Shown: positions 1 to 10,442 of the stretch, in pieces | Layout of the letters: each line of letters opens with the position of its first letter | Position numbering within the stretch: the stretch's first letter is position 1 | Assembly (NCBI GenBank): GCA_963827655.1 | Contig: CAWHCF010000049.1 | Span: 160,001 to 224,000 of the forward strand | Source: an uncultured Acidobacteriota bacterium | GTDB lineage: Bacteria > Acidobacteriota > UBA6911 | Reading direction: 5' to 3' | Length of the DNA stretch: 64,000 nucleotides | Notes under the pieces: model-generated | Database searches by the model: none | The model's input: only the letters and a program-made list of their open reading frames with translations | What the model was told of the DNA's origin: nothing | Position numbers and translations under genes: made by a program

Positions 1-38
1 GACCAATGACCAATGACAAATGACCAATGACCAATGAC
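1..38 (+). repeat. Heptamer tandem repeat (TGACCAA/TGACAAA)n containing the tyrA start codon
   Basis: gaccaatgaccaatgacaaatgaccaatgaccaatgac; truncated by the window edge. Confidence 0.9.
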
Positions 39-914
39 GTCATACCGTTCCGCAGAGTGGCAATTCACGGAGTCGGGCTCATAGGCGGGTCTCTCGGCAT
101 GGCTCTCAAGCGATGCGATGCTCGCGTGAATATCCGAGGCATAGGACGGGACGCGGCGCGCCTGGAACGGGCCCGTCAGCTGGGAGCGATCGACGAATAC
201 CGTACGGACTTGAACGGCGTTTCGGACGTCGACCTTGTCGTTCTTGCCACTCCCGTCGAACACATACTCGAGACCCTGGGGGCCATAGGTCAGCATCTCT
301 CGGAGGGAACGCTCGTCACCGACGTCGGCAGCACCAAGCGGAAGATCGGTAGCAAGGCCGAGGATTGCCTGCCCGCCGCCATCGAATTCATCGGAGGTCA
401 TCCGATTGCCGGAAGGGAGCGCGGCGGGGTGGAGAATAGCGTGCCCGATTTGTTCGAGCGTGCGCCCTATGTTCTCTGCCCAGGTTCTCGAGAGCGTTCT
501 CGAAGCCTGGAGAAGCTGGTGCAAACCGTGAAGGCAATTGGCGCCGAACCGGCTGTTATTTCGGTTGAAGAGCATGATCGAATTCTGGCCTGGAGCAGTC
601 ACTTGCCGCAGATTCTCTCGACGGTCCTGGCCAGTCTAGGTCTCGAGCAGGAGACGCGCGGATACCCGCTGGTCCGGCTTTCGGGCACGGGTTTCAGAGA
701 TGTCCTGCGTCTGGCGGGGAGCCCGTACTCCGTTTGGGAAGGGATTCTGGAGAGCAATGCCGATAACATCGAGCACGCGCTAGGGGAATTCATCCAGCAC
801 CTGGAGCGGGTCCGCACCGGGCTGAAACAGGAGAGCCTCTCGGCCGATTTTGGCCGCGCCGTTGAGTTTTATGGCCGCCTGCGAGACTCGAAGAAGCCTT
901 CGAACGGCGAGTGA
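27..914 (+). CDS. tyrA: Prephenate/arogenate dehydrogenase
   Basis: N-terminal GxGLIGGS Rossmann motif, DVGSTK, GGHPIAG, EHD..SHLPQ and GFRD motifs. Confidence 0.92.
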   Translation: MTNDVIPFRRVAIHGVGLIGGSLGMALKRCDARVNIRGIGRDAARLERARQLGAIDEYRTDLNGVSDVDLVVLATPVEHILETLGAIGQHLSEGTLVTDVGSTKRKIGSKAEDCLPAAIEFIGGHPIAGRERGGVENSVPDLFERAPYVLCPGSRERSRSLEKLVQTVKAIGAEPAVISVEEHDRILAWSSHLPQILSTVLASLGLEQETRGYPLVRLSGTGFRDVLRLAGSPYSVWEGILESNADNIEHALGEFIQHLERVRTGLKQESLSADFGRAVEFYGRLRDSKKPSNGE

Positions 915-970
915 CGACGGTGGATACCCGATCGTAGCTGGCCATTCGGCTTAGCGCTGAAAACAAAGCC

Positions 971-1071
971 ACCACGAAGACGCCAAGAAACACCAAGGGC
1001 GTTATGCCAACCAGAGATTCGGCAGCGATACCGAGCGAGTACCGTCTTTGCGTCTTAGCGTCTTTGAGGTT
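971..1071. repeat. Octamer-type inverted repeat array between convergent tyrA and rho
   Basis: accacgaagacgccaagaaacaccaag ... tctttgcgtcttagcgtctttgaggtt. Confidence 0.7.
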
Positions 1072-1083
1072 AGAGCGGTATTC

Positions 1084-2390
1084 CTATCCTGCGGAAAGAG
1101 ACCCGAGGAAATCGGCGTTCGACTTGCTTTTCGACAGGCGCTCCAGGAGGAGTTCCATGCTCTCCGTCACCGAAAGCGACATTGAGAACCTTGCGCAGGA
1201 CCCAGATCCGATTCAAGTCTGCGGCGGGAAGAAGAAGCTCTTCTTTCCGAGTTCCCGACTTGTTGATATCGATGGCGGGAAAGACCCGCCGGTCGACCAG
1301 TTTTCGATCGAGGTGAAGCTCCATGTTGCCGGTGCCCTTGAATTCTTCGAAGATCACATCGTCCATCCGGCTGCCGGTATCGATCGAGCGAAGTGGCAAT
1401 GATGGTCAGGCTCCCTCCCTCCTCGATGTTGCGCGCGGCTCCGAAGAATCGCTTGGGGCGCTGAAGCGCGTTGCTGTCCACGCCGCCTGAAAGAACCTTT
1501 CCGCTCGGGGGGACGATCGTATTGTAGGCGCGAGCCAGCCGCGTGATGCTGTCCAGCAGGATCACCATGTCGCGCTTGTGTTCCACGAATCTCTTGGCTT
1601 TTTCCAACACCATTTCAGCCACCTGAACGTGCCGGGCTGCGGGCTCATCAAATGTGGAACTGATCACCTCGCCCTTGACGGAACGCTGCATATCGGTCAC
1701 TTCCTCGGGTCGCTCATCGATCAGCAGAACGATCAGGTAGACCTCCGGGTGATTCCTGGAGATTGAATTCGCAATGGACTGCAGCAGCATGGTCTTGCCA
1801 GTTCGGGGCGGTGATACGATCAGACCGCGTTGTCCTTTGCCGATGGGGGCCAGCATGTCCATCACCCTGCCGGAAAGGTTGTCGCCGCTGGTCTCGAGCT
1901 TCAGGGCCTGATTGGGGTACAACGGGGTCAGGTTATCGAAGAAGACCTTGTCCTTGGCGGCATCCGGATGTTCGAAGTTGACCGCCTCCACCTTGATCAG
2001 GGCAAAGTAACGCTCGCCGTCCTTGGGTGGACGGATCTGGCCGGAAATGGTGTCACCCGTACGCAGATCGAACTTTCGGATCTGTGAAGGCGAAACATAG
2101 ATGTCATCCGGTCCGGGGAGATAGTTATAATCCGGGGCCCTCAGGAAGCCGAAACCCTCGGGAAGGCATTCCAGTACTCCCTCCGAAAAGATCAGACCGC
2201 TCTGCTCGGTTTGCGCCTTTAGAATCTGGAAGATCAGCTCCTGCTTGCGCATCCCGGTATATCCGGGAACGTTCAGGTCCTTGGCGATCTGCGTCAGCGC
2301 TGAAATGTTCATTTCCTTCAGATCCCGGATGTTTAAATGGCCGTTTTCCCGGCCCGCTGTATTTCGACGTTGTTGCATTGTTTCAGACAT
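1084..2390 (-). CDS. rho: Transcription termination factor Rho (two apparent frameshifts, ~1390 and ~1180)
   Basis: [46 protein letters not shown]; continues in a second frame ([21 protein letters not shown]) and a third ([29 protein letters not shown]). Confidence 0.95.
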
Positions 2391-2451
2391 ATCAACCCTC
2401 CAAAGGGGAGACCAAAAAAATAGGTTAGAGGTTAGGGGAATTCTCTAGGGG

Positions 2452-3033
2452 TTAGTTTCTGTGAGTGACTTCATCCACGCGCTGCCAGATTTCTTGGCAG
2501 CCTAAACCAGACACCGCGGACCACAGGACCACCGACGTGTCCCGAAACGCGGCGGAGATAGCGCGGTGCTGGACGCCTTTTTCATTTCCCGACAACTTAT
2601 CAGCCTTCGTTGCCACAATCATGTGAGGAATTTCCAGGTGGTCCAGCCATCCAGCCAGCGCGAAATCAAGCGGGGTGGGGAGCATCCTGGCGTCCACCAG
2701 GTGCAATGCCAACGCAATAGCCGAGCGTTCACGAAAGTATTTTTCAACCAGTTTTTTCCACTGCTGGCTGGCTGATTTCCCGGCCTTCGCATAGCCGTAC
2801 CCGGGCAAATCAACCAGGAAAAACGAGCCATTAATCCGATAGAAGTTAATACTCTGGGTCTTTCCCGGAGTCGAACTAGTTCGGGCGAGGTTTTTTTGCC
2901 CCACCAGCCTGTTTATCAGGCTAGATTTCCCTACGTTGGAACGACCGGCCAGGGCGATTTCAGGAATTCCTTCACGCGGAAGATCTTGCCAGGCGACGGC
3001 GCTCACAACAAATTCAGCGCTACTTGTTTTCAC
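2452..3033 (-). CDS. yihA: Ribosome biogenesis GTPase YihA/YsxC (EngB)
   Basis: GRSNVGKSSLIN, TPGKT, DLPGYGY and TKADK motifs; downstream of lon. Confidence 0.95.
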   Translation of the reverse strand: MKTSSAEFVVSAVAWQDLPREGIPEIALAGRSNVGKSSLINRLVGQKNLARTSSTPGKTQSINFYRINGSFFLVDLPGYGYAKAGKSASQQWKKLVEKYFRERSAIALALHLVDARMLPTPLDFALAGWLDHLEIPHMIVATKADKLSGNEKGVQHRAISAAFRDTSVVLWSAVSGLGCQEIWQRVDEVTHRN

Positions 3034-3069
3034 AGGGAATTCATCGTGGGAGCCCTGGCGGTCAAGCTT

Positions 3070-5472
3070 TCAGTGGGCGATGTTCTCGCTTGGACGGTTG
3101 CCCTTGAGGTTGGAAATGGCATCCGATACTTGACCCTGTGGAACGGGTATCCTCTCCAGGGCCACCTGCAGCACTTCATCCATCGTTTCCACGAGGTCGA
3201 TTTTCAATGATGCCAGGACATCCGTCGGAATGTCCTGGAGATCCTTTTCGTTCTCCTTGGGCAGAATGACATTCTTAATACCGGCGCGGTGGGCCGCCAG
3301 CAGTTTTTCCTTAACACCTCCGATGGGCAGTACCTTCCCCCGTAAGGTGATCTCGCCGGTCATGGCAACATCTTTGCGGACGGGTATCTTGGTCAAGGCC
3401 GATACGATGGTGGTGGCCAAGGTGATTCCGGCCGAAGGCCCGTCTTTGGGAATGGCGCCTTCCGGGATATGTATATGGAGATCCATCTTCCGGTGGAAAT
3501 CGCGCCCGATTCCATAAGAAGCGGCCCGGCTGCGCACATAGGACATGGCCGCCCGGGCTGATTCCTGCATAACCTCGCCGAGTTTGCCGGTCATCGTGAG
3601 CTGCCCTTTACCCTCCATCAGGGTGGCCTCGGTCAGGAGAACTTCGCCGCCCACCTCGGTCCAGGCCAAGCCGGTAGCGAGCCCCACCTGGTTGCTCTCA
3701 CTGAGACCCGTCTGTCTGAACTTCGGTTTACCCAGGAGCGCCCCAACCACCTCCGGGTTCACCTCGGCATGGTTGGCTTCGGCAATAACGATCTTCTTGA
3801 CGGTCTTGCGGCAGATGTTGGCGATCTCCCTCTCCAGGTTACGAACTCCAGACTCGCGAGTGTATTTTCGAATCAGTTCGAAAAGGGCGTCGTCGTTGAA
3901 CTGAAGCTGATCCGATCGCAACCCGTTGGCTTCCAGCTGCTTCTTTACCAAAAAGCGCTTGGCAATCTCGAGTTTCTCCAGCTCCGTGTATCCTGAGAGC
4001 TGGAGTACCTCCATGCGGTCTTGCAAAGGCCGCGGAACCGTGTGCAGCACGTTGGCCGTCGCAATGAACATCACCATCGACAGATCGAACTCGGTGTCGA
4101 GATAATGATCGACGAACATGTGGTTCTGTTCGGGGTCGAGCACTTCCAGGAGCGCAGCCGAGGGATCACCTCGAAAGTCCATGCTCATTTTATCCACTTC
4201 GTCGAGCATGAAGACGGGATTCCTGGTCCCGGACTTCTTCATCATCTGGATGATCTGGCCGGGAAGAGCGCCGATATAGGTCCGGCGGTGCCCGCGTATT
4301 TCGGCTTCGTCTCTCACGCCCCCGAGCGAGAGGCGCACAAATTTCCTTCCGGTCGCGCGCGCAATGGATTTGCCCAGCGAGGTCTTTCCCACGCCTGGAG
4401 GTCCGACAAAGCACAGGATGGTCCCCTGGGGTTTTCTTACCAGACTGCGAACCGCGAGAAACTCGATGATGCGCTCTTTGATCTTTTCGAGTCCGTAATG
4501 ATCCTCTTCCAGGACTTTCATGGACCAACGCATGTCGCGGATTTCGCGCGACTTCTTTTGCCATGGCATGGCCAGCAGCCAATCCAGGTAAGTCCGTGAG
4601 ACTGTCGACTCGGCCGACATGGGGGGCATCATCTCGAGGCGCTGAATCTCCTTCGTGGCTTTGTCGTAAGCGTCCTTCGGCATCTTGGCGGCCTCGACCT
4701 GGCGCTTGAGGTCGTCCAGCTCGCTCTTTTCGTCCTTGCGACCCAACTCCTTCTGGATCGCCTTCATCTTTTCGTTCAGGTAGTATTCCTTCTGCGCCCG
4801 TTCCATCTGGCGCTTCACGCGCCCTTGAATGTTGCGGTCGACCTTGATCTTTTCGATTTCGACTTCAATGATCTCGTTGATCTTCTCGATCCGCTCCGCG
4901 AGATCCGGCATCTCCAGCAATTGCTGTTTTTCTTCGATGCCGACCGGCAGGTTCGCGCAGATATTGTCCGCCAGCTTCGAAGGCTCCAGCGTCTTCATCG
5001 CGTTCAGGATGGCATCGTAGTTTACGTGATGACTGAGCTTTGAAAACTGCTCGAAGACCGACTGCAGCCGCTTGATCAAGAGATTGGTCTTGGCGCTGGC
5101 GAGGGAAGACTCCTCCAGGTATTCGACGTCAGCTACGAAGAAGCCTTCTTCACCTAGAAAGCGAATAGCCTTGGCCCGCTGAATTCCCTCTACCAGGACT
5201 TTGATGTTGCCGTCGGAAAGCTTGACGCTCTGGACGACGTTGGCGGCGGTCCCGACGTGATAAATGTCTTTGGCCTTGGGCTCGTCGACCGAAGCATCCA
5301 TCTGTGTTGCGAGGAATATCCGCTTGGAGCCCTCCAGCGCAAACTCCAGGGCGCGAACCGAAGAGGGACGCCCGATAACGAAAGGTATCATCATGTGCGG
5401 GAACACCACCACGTCCCGGATCGGGATCATGGGCAGGCGTTCCACTTTTCTAACGGATTCGTCGTTCGTCAT
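3070..5472 (-). CDS. lon: ATP-dependent protease La
   Basis: LON N-domain, Walker [10 protein letters not shown], catalytic PKDGPSAG and GGVKEK. Confidence 0.98.
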   Translation of the reverse strand: MTNDESVRKVERLPMIPIRDVVVFPHMMIPFVIGRPSSVRALEFALEGSKRIFLATQMDASVDEPKAKDIYHVGTAANVVQSVKLSDGNIKVLVEGIQRAKAIRFLGEEGFFVADVEYLEESSLASAKTNLLIKRLQSVFEQFSKLSHHVNYDAILNAMKTLEPSKLADNICANLPVGIEEKQQLLEMPDLAERIEKINEIIEVEIEKIKVDRNIQGRVKRQMERAQKEYYLNEKMKAIQKELGRKDEKSELDDLKRQVEAAKMPKDAYDKATKEIQRLEMMPPMSAESTVSRTYLDWLLAMPWQKKSREIRDMRWSMKVLEEDHYGLEKIKERIIEFLAVRSLVRKPQGTILCFVGPPGVGKTSLGKSIARATGRKFVRLSLGGVRDEAEIRGHRRTYIGALPGQIIQMMKKSGTRNPVFMLDEVDKMSMDFRGDPSAALLEVLDPEQNHMFVDHYLDTEFDLSMVMFIATANVLHTVPRPLQDRMEVLQLSGYTELEKLEIAKRFLVKKQLEANGLRSDQLQFNDDALFELIRKYTRESGVRNLEREIANICRKTVKKIVIAEANHAEVNPEVVGALLGKPKFRQTGLSESNQVGLATGLAWTEVGGEVLLTEATLMEGKGQLTMTGKLGEVMQESARAAMSYVRSRAASYGIGRDFHRKMDLHIHIPEGAIPKDGPSAGITLATTIVSALTKIPVRKDVAMTGEITLRGKVLPIGGVKEKLLAAHRAGIKNVILPKENEKDLQDIPTDVLASLKIDLVETMDEVLQVALERIPVPQGQVSDAISNLKGNRPSENIAH

Positions 5473-5484
5473 CTTTTCCTTTTG

Positions 5485-6727
5485 TTAACCAGCCTTCTCC
5501 AGTAGAGCAAACACAATGTCTTTGTTGTCAACCATCTCCCGCGTAATAACAAACTCCTTCACTTTTTTCTGCGAAGGGAGCTGATACATGACGTCCAACA
5601 TAAGATCCTCAAGAATGATCTTCAACCCCCGCGCCCCCATCTTCCGTTCAAGTGCCAGGTGAGCCACCGCGCCGACCGCGTCGTCGGTGAATTTCAGTTT
5701 GACGTTTTCAAACTCGAAAAGTTTCTGGTATTGACGTATCAGCGCGTTTTTGGGCTTGGTCAAGATCTCAACCAGAGCCAGCTCATCGAGTTCCGACAGA
5801 GAGCCGATGACCGGCAGACGTCCGACAAATTCCGGAATCAAACCGAATTTGATGAGGTCACGCGGCTGGGTAAGCTCAAGTGCGTTCGAAGTTGCCGCGC
5901 TTTTCGCCTTCTTCCCGTCTTTCTCGCTGGCTATGAAACCGAGGCGTCTTCTTGCCCACGCGGCGCTCGATGATTTTCTCGAGACCCACGAAGGCGCCGC
6001 CGCATAAGAATAGTATGTTGGTCGTGTCTATCTGGATGAACTCCTGATGTGGATGCTTGCGCCCTCCTTGCGGCGGGACGTTCGCTATGGTTCCCTCCAG
6101 GATTTTCAGCAATGCCTGCTGGACTCCCTCCCCTGACACGTCACGGGTAATCGACGGATTTTCGTCCTTGCGGGCAATCTTGTCGATCTCGTCGATATAC
6201 ACGATTCCCTGCTGGCATTTTTCCTTGTCACCCCCGGCGTTCTGAAGCAGCTTGAGGATGATGTTCTCCACGTCTTCGCCGACGTAGCCTGCTTCTGTGA
6301 GGGTCGTGGCATCGACGATGGCGAACGGAACTGAAAGCATCTTAGCCAGAGTCTGGGCCAGCAGGGTTTTTCCGGTTCCGGTCGGTCCGATGAGCAGGAC
6401 ATTGCTCTTCTGCAACTCGAGATCGCTTCTTTTTTTGGTGATCTCGAGCCGCTTGTAGTGGTTGTACACCGCGACGGCGAGCTTCTTCTTGGTCGTCTCC
6501 TGTCCGATGACGTAAAGATCCAGGAATTCCTTGATCTCCTGGGGTTTGGGGAGCTTCTCTCCGATCGGTGAAGTAACGACATCATCCGCGATGATCTCGT
6601 TACATACGTCGACGCACTCGTCGCATATATAGACCGTCGGTCCTGCGATTAGCTTCTTGACGTCGTTCTGGCTCTTGGAGCAGAACGAACATCTCAGAAT
6701 ATCATCGCGCTCGTCGTCCTTTCTCAA
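5485..6727 (-). CDS. clpX: Clp protease ATP-binding subunit ClpX (frameshift near 5940)
   Basis: CSFC..CDEC zinc finger, [30 protein letters not shown]; C-terminal IPEFVGRLP and GARGL in ORF 5485-5841. Confidence 0.96.
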
Positions 6728-6755
6728 CGAAACCCCCTCCCAAGGGTTGAAGCCG

Positions 6756-7343
6756 CTATTCTTTCTTTGTGATCACCTGGTCTACGATACCGTACTCTCT
6801 GGCCTGGTCCGCGGTCATGATGTAGTCCCGCTCGACATCATTCTTGATTCTTTCGAACGTCTGCGCGGTGTGGTACGCGAGTATTTTATTCATGGCCTCG
6901 CGCAGCCTCAAGATTTCCCGGGCGTGAATATCGATGTCGGTTGCCTGGCCAGAAAGCCCGCTCATAGAGGGCTGGTGTATCAAGATTCTGGAATTCGGAA
7001 GAGCGAATCGCTTGCCGGGTGCTCCCGCCGACAGAAGAAGAGCACCCATACTGGCTGCCTGACCGATGCAGATTGTGGTCACGTCCGGGCGGATGAACTG
7101 CATGGTGTCATAGATTGCCATGCCGGCGGAAATTGAGCCGCCCGGAGAATTAATATAAAGAGAGATGTCCTTGTCCGGGTCCTCCGCCTCCAGGAACAAT
7201 AGCTGGGCCGTGACGACGTTGGCGACATTGTCATCGATGGGAGTCCCAAGGAAGATGATATTGTCCTTCAGGAGACGAGAGTAAATATCGTACGCACGTT
7301 CGCCTCGATTGGTTTGCTCGACCACCATCGGTATCAATGCCAC
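6756..7343 (-). CDS. clpP: Clp protease proteolytic subunit
   Basis: [25 protein letters not shown]. Confidence 0.98.
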   Translation of the reverse strand: MALIPMVVEQTNRGERAYDIYSRLLKDNIIFLGTPIDDNVANVVTAQLLFLEAEDPDKDISLYINSPGGSISAGMAIYDTMQFIRPDVTTICIGQAASMGALLLSAGAPGKRFALPNSRILIHQPSMSGLSGQATDIDIHAREILRLREAMNKILAYHTAQTFERIKNDVERDYIMTADQAREYGIVDQVITKKE

Positions 7344-7349
7344 AGCGTT

Positions 7350-8633
7350 TCACCTTTGCGTAATATTAGCATTGCGAAAGATGAAATCAAGCGCCTTCTT
7401 CCGCAGCAGATGCTCCTTAAAGCCCTGAATTCGCTTGTCCTTTTCGAGTTGGGCCCGAAGGGCTGCCGAAGACTTCTTGGTGGCTTCGGCGAGTGCCTGG
7501 AGCTCATGTTCGAGCTCATCTTCCGTCACTTGAAGGTTCTCCCGGCGGGCCACGGCGTCCAGGACGAGCGCTCTTCTGACGGCCTGCTCTGCCTGAGGAC
7601 GCTCTTGTTCAAAGATCTTGCTCCAGTCGATCGAGGCTCGGTTGACGTCGATTCCTTGCCGGGCCAGCGTGGCGGCAATGCGGCGCAGATGATCTTCGAG
7701 TTCCTCGCGGATCAGGCTATCGGGAATATCGAAAGAGTGGCTCCGCACGACTTGATCCACCACTGCTTCCCTGGCCTGGTTTTCGGCATTCACAACCGCC
7801 TTTGCCATCAAGTCGTCCCTCACCTTTTCCCGAAGCTCCTGCAGGTTCTCGGCTGCGCCAGAATCCTTGGCAAAGTCGTCGTTTAAGTCGGGAAGCTGCT
7901 TGTCTTTGATATCCTTGACCTGGACCGCGTAGCGTACGCGCTTTCCGGCAAACCGCTTGCGATGATATTCCACCGGGTAATGGATATCGAAGGAGCGCGT
8001 CTCTCCGGATCTGGCCCCTATCAGGTTTTCTGAGAAGGTCTCGTTAGTCTGGGGATCGCCCACGACACAGGAGACATCGTCCTCGTGAAAGGGCTTACCT
8101 TCCCCTTCGAAGGTCCCATCCACTGTAAGGGTCACAAGATGCCCTTTGCGAACCTCTCCCTCTTCGACGGGAACGAACTCGGCGAACTGTTCTCGCCGGC
8201 CTTCAAGGGCACGGTCCACGTCGGCTTCCTCGACGACGGGTGGCGCTGCCGTCATCGAGACTCCCTTGTAGTCATGGAGCTCCAGCTCGGGAAGCACCTC
8301 AAACGAAAGCTTGAATTTCAGCGGATTTCCGGGGTTTGCCTCCAGAAGCTCAACCGCCGGCTTTGTAAGCGGGTGGAGGTCGTGTTTCGATACCGCCTCG
8401 TCCCACGAGCGGCTGATCAGATCCTGGGTGGCTTCGGTGCGGAGTTCATCGGCGAATCGCTGTTTGATGATGCTCAACGGTATTTTGCCCGGACGAAATC
8501 CCGGGACCTTCACGCGCCGGGCATACTCTCGTGCCAGCCTCTCGATTGCCTGATCGACCTGTTCTTGAGGGACTTCAACCAGAAGATCCTTCTTGCAGCC
8601 GCTGACATCGACAATTTCGACGGTCAATTTCAA
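7350..8633 (-). CDS. tig: Trigger factor
   Basis: VPGFRPGK ribosome-binding signature, 427 aa, upstream of clpP. Confidence 0.95.
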   Translation of the reverse strand: MKLTVEIVDVSGCKKDLLVEVPQEQVDQAIERLAREYARRVKVPGFRPGKIPLSIIKQRFADELRTEATQDLISRSWDEAVSKHDLHPLTKPAVELLEANPGNPLKFKLSFEVLPELELHDYKGVSMTAAPPVVEEADVDRALEGRREQFAEFVPVEEGEVRKGHLVTLTVDGTFEGEGKPFHEDDVSCVVGDPQTNETFSENLIGARSGETRSFDIHYPVEYHRKRFAGKRVRYAVQVKDIKDKQLPDLNDDFAKDSGAAENLQELREKVRDDLMAKAVVNAENQAREAVVDQVVRSHSFDIPDSLIREELEDHLRRIAATLARQGIDVNRASIDWSKIFEQERPQAEQAVRRALVLDAVARRENLQVTEDELEHELQALAEATKKSSAALRAQLEKDKRIQGFKEHLLRKKALDFIFRNANITQR

Positions 8634-8742
8634 TTACCTTTTTTTAAACTCGCTTCCTTCGCCAAGGGCTCAAAAGCTCGGGAAAATGTCAAAACGATCA
8701 GTGGTTTATGCTCCCGGGCGGGAGAGCCGCAGAGTGCTGAAA

Positions 8743-8827
8743 TGGTGCGAAAGGGGGGAGTTGAACCCCCACCCCTTGCGGGACTGGATCCTAAGTCCAG
8801 CGCGTCTGCCAGTTCCGCCACTTTCGC
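8743..8827 (-). tRNA. tRNA-Leu (anticodon TAG), CCA encoded
   Basis: GCGAAAGTGGCGGAACTGGCAGACGCGCTGGACTTAGGATCCAGT...GGGGGTTCAACTCCCCCCTTTCGCACCA; long variable arm; usual position upstream of tig. Confidence 0.97.
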
Positions 8828-9070
8828 ATCTGTGGTGAATCCGGTAATAGGCACCTGATTAACCGAGAGATCCCGCGACGGCCGAATTGTTTGCGCACGC
8901 CTGATTCAGTACCCATCACCAAAATTACTCTGCCCAAATTCGATTGTTCCGGAGGTGTCCGCCAGTGACGAACAGCCGGTGAGGCGGGGACGCAATCGCC
9001 AAAGCGAAGATGTGTCACGGACCGCAACACAGCCTCGAAATCTAACAAAGACCTCACGCCAAGTCAATTC

Positions 9071-9146
9071 AATTGACGATTTACGATTGACGATTGACGA
9101 TTATCTTTCGTTGTGACTCCCAATCGTCAATCGTAAATCGTCAATT
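9071..9146. repeat. Inverted heptamer array (GATTGAC)n / (GTCAATC)n
   Basis: aattgacgatttacgattgacgattgacgatt ... aatcgtcaatcgtaaatcgtcaatt. Confidence 0.92.
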
Positions 9147-9206
9147 AATAAGTGACTTCAGGCTAAAAATAGTATCATTGGCTTCAATGCCGCCGGAGGA
9201 TTGGCG

Positions 9207-9533
9207 ATGAAGCTGGGCGTTATAGAATACATCGACTGTGCTCATTTCTTGCCGGGACATAGCCGGTGCGGTAACCTGCATGGCCATACTTACAAGGTCG
9301 AAATCATCATTGAAGGCGAAAACAAGGCTGGAATGGTTGTTGATTTTGCAGACTTAAGGCGATCTCTTAGAGAGACGCTGAAAATCTACGATCACAAGTC
9401 CCTTAACGACTTCCTCGAGTATCCCTCAGTCGAGAACATCTGCGAAATGATCAAGGGCAAGTTGAAGGACCCTATCCATTTTCCATTTACCCTTCGAGTG
9501 TGGGAGGGTGAAGGGAAGTGGGCCGAACTATAG
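9207..9533 (+). CDS. queD: 6-carboxy-5,6,7,8-tetrahydropterin synthase (PTPS family)
   Basis: AHFL..H..CGNLHGHTY, GMVVDF, DHKSLN, PSVEN, VWE; GGAGGA ribosome-binding site upstream. Confidence 0.88.
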   Translation: MKLGVIEYIDCAHFLPGHSRCGNLHGHTYKVEIIIEGENKAGMVVDFADLRRSLRETLKIYDHKSLNDFLEYPSVENICEMIKGKLKDPIHFPFTLRVWEGEGKWAEL

Positions 9534-9534
9534 A

Positions 9535-9610
9535 GATTGACGATTGACGATTGACGATTGACGATTGAAAAACCAATTGGGGGAAATCGTCAATCGTCAA
9601 TCGTCAATCG
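9535..9610. repeat. Inverted heptamer array (GATTGAC)n / (GTCAATC)n between convergent genes
   Basis: About five direct units followed by about three inverted units; supplies the TGA of the 9604 gene. Confidence 0.92.
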
Positions 9611-10368
9611 GATGGGGGTGATGAACTTGCCGGGCGCCCTTCCGCGCCGGGATAAACCGTCGGGCTGAACAATAGCCGCGCCAGACGGCCATCGGACTGT
9701 GCAAGCTTTTCAGCCTCCACACCTGCTTTACCGGGATCGGCGGACCCGAACCACCCATATTCTCGATCCAGAGCGGCCGCCAGTTCTTTCAATTGGTTCG
9801 GCTCCATTGGCTTGCCGACCCGATCTTTGCTCTGCAGGGGACGTGCCACCATGTAACGCAGGAATTGTTCGAAGGCCTCCCGGACGCGGGCGGTCAGGGA
9901 ATCGAGCTGGGTCTGGTTCTCATAGCGAAATGGGATCAGCGTCGCCTTCGCTGGGATGAAGTCGACGCGAAAATCGAGCCCATTCTGACCGGGCGCAATG
10001 TCGCTCTGAGCCGCCCATCGCGCATTGACGCGGGCTGCGATGACGGCCGAGGTTTCCGGCGTAAGCGTTCGAGAACTGCCCAGCGTTTCCACGGTTGCTG
10101 GGAGAGTCTCCCATAGCGGCACCACGTCAAGGTCCTTCGCCTGTTCGAGCTCCTTGGCCATCATGATTGCGGCGCCGAGGGAAACCCAGCGCAGTTCGGC
10201 ATTGTCGGATGGGACGTTGACGGGGAGCAGGGCTATTCGAATCGGTTCTGCAGGATACGTAGGAGTCGAGGGTTTCTTTTTAAAGAGGCAACCCGGTTGA
10301 AGCAGAGTTGCCAGGACGGTCAACACAAGGATGACAGATGAACAGATTCGTGGCCTGTGACAAGTCAT
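9604..10368 (-). CDS. Hypothetical lipoprotein
   Basis: Hydrophobic signal followed by LQPG-C lipobox-like site; 'IRIALLP' start typical of CsgG/TolB-N-like domains; GAGG upstream of ATG 10368. Confidence 0.65.
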   Translation of the reverse strand: MTCHRPRICSSVILVLTVLATLLQPGCLFKKKPSTPTYPAEPIRIALLPVNVPSDNAELRWVSLGAAIMMAKELEQAKDLDVVPLWETLPATVETLGSSRTLTPETSAVIAARVNARWAAQSDIAPGQNGLDFRVDFIPAKATLIPFRYENQTQLDSLTARVREAFEQFLRYMVARPLQSKDRVGKPMEPNQLKELAAALDREYGWFGSADPGKAGVEAEKLAQSDGRLARLLFSPTVYPGAEGRPASSSPPSD

Positions 10369-10442
10369 CCTTGTTTCCTCAGCCTTTGGCACACAGTGCT
10401 CCATTTGCAGCTCGTCTCCTCTTTCTATTTCACGCGCGAGAT

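Noticed and set aside
1084-6727. True pseudogenes or programmed frameshifting in rho and clpX
   Set aside because: Fragments are fully conserved and similar indels are scattered across unrelated genes; sequencing error is the simpler explanation.
8630-8854. 74-aa ORF upstream of tig
   Set aside because: It is a translation of the tRNA-Leu gene.
8600-9200. Prophage or integrative element at tRNA-Leu
   Set aside because: No integrase or duplicated tRNA 3' end seen; tig follows the tRNA directly.
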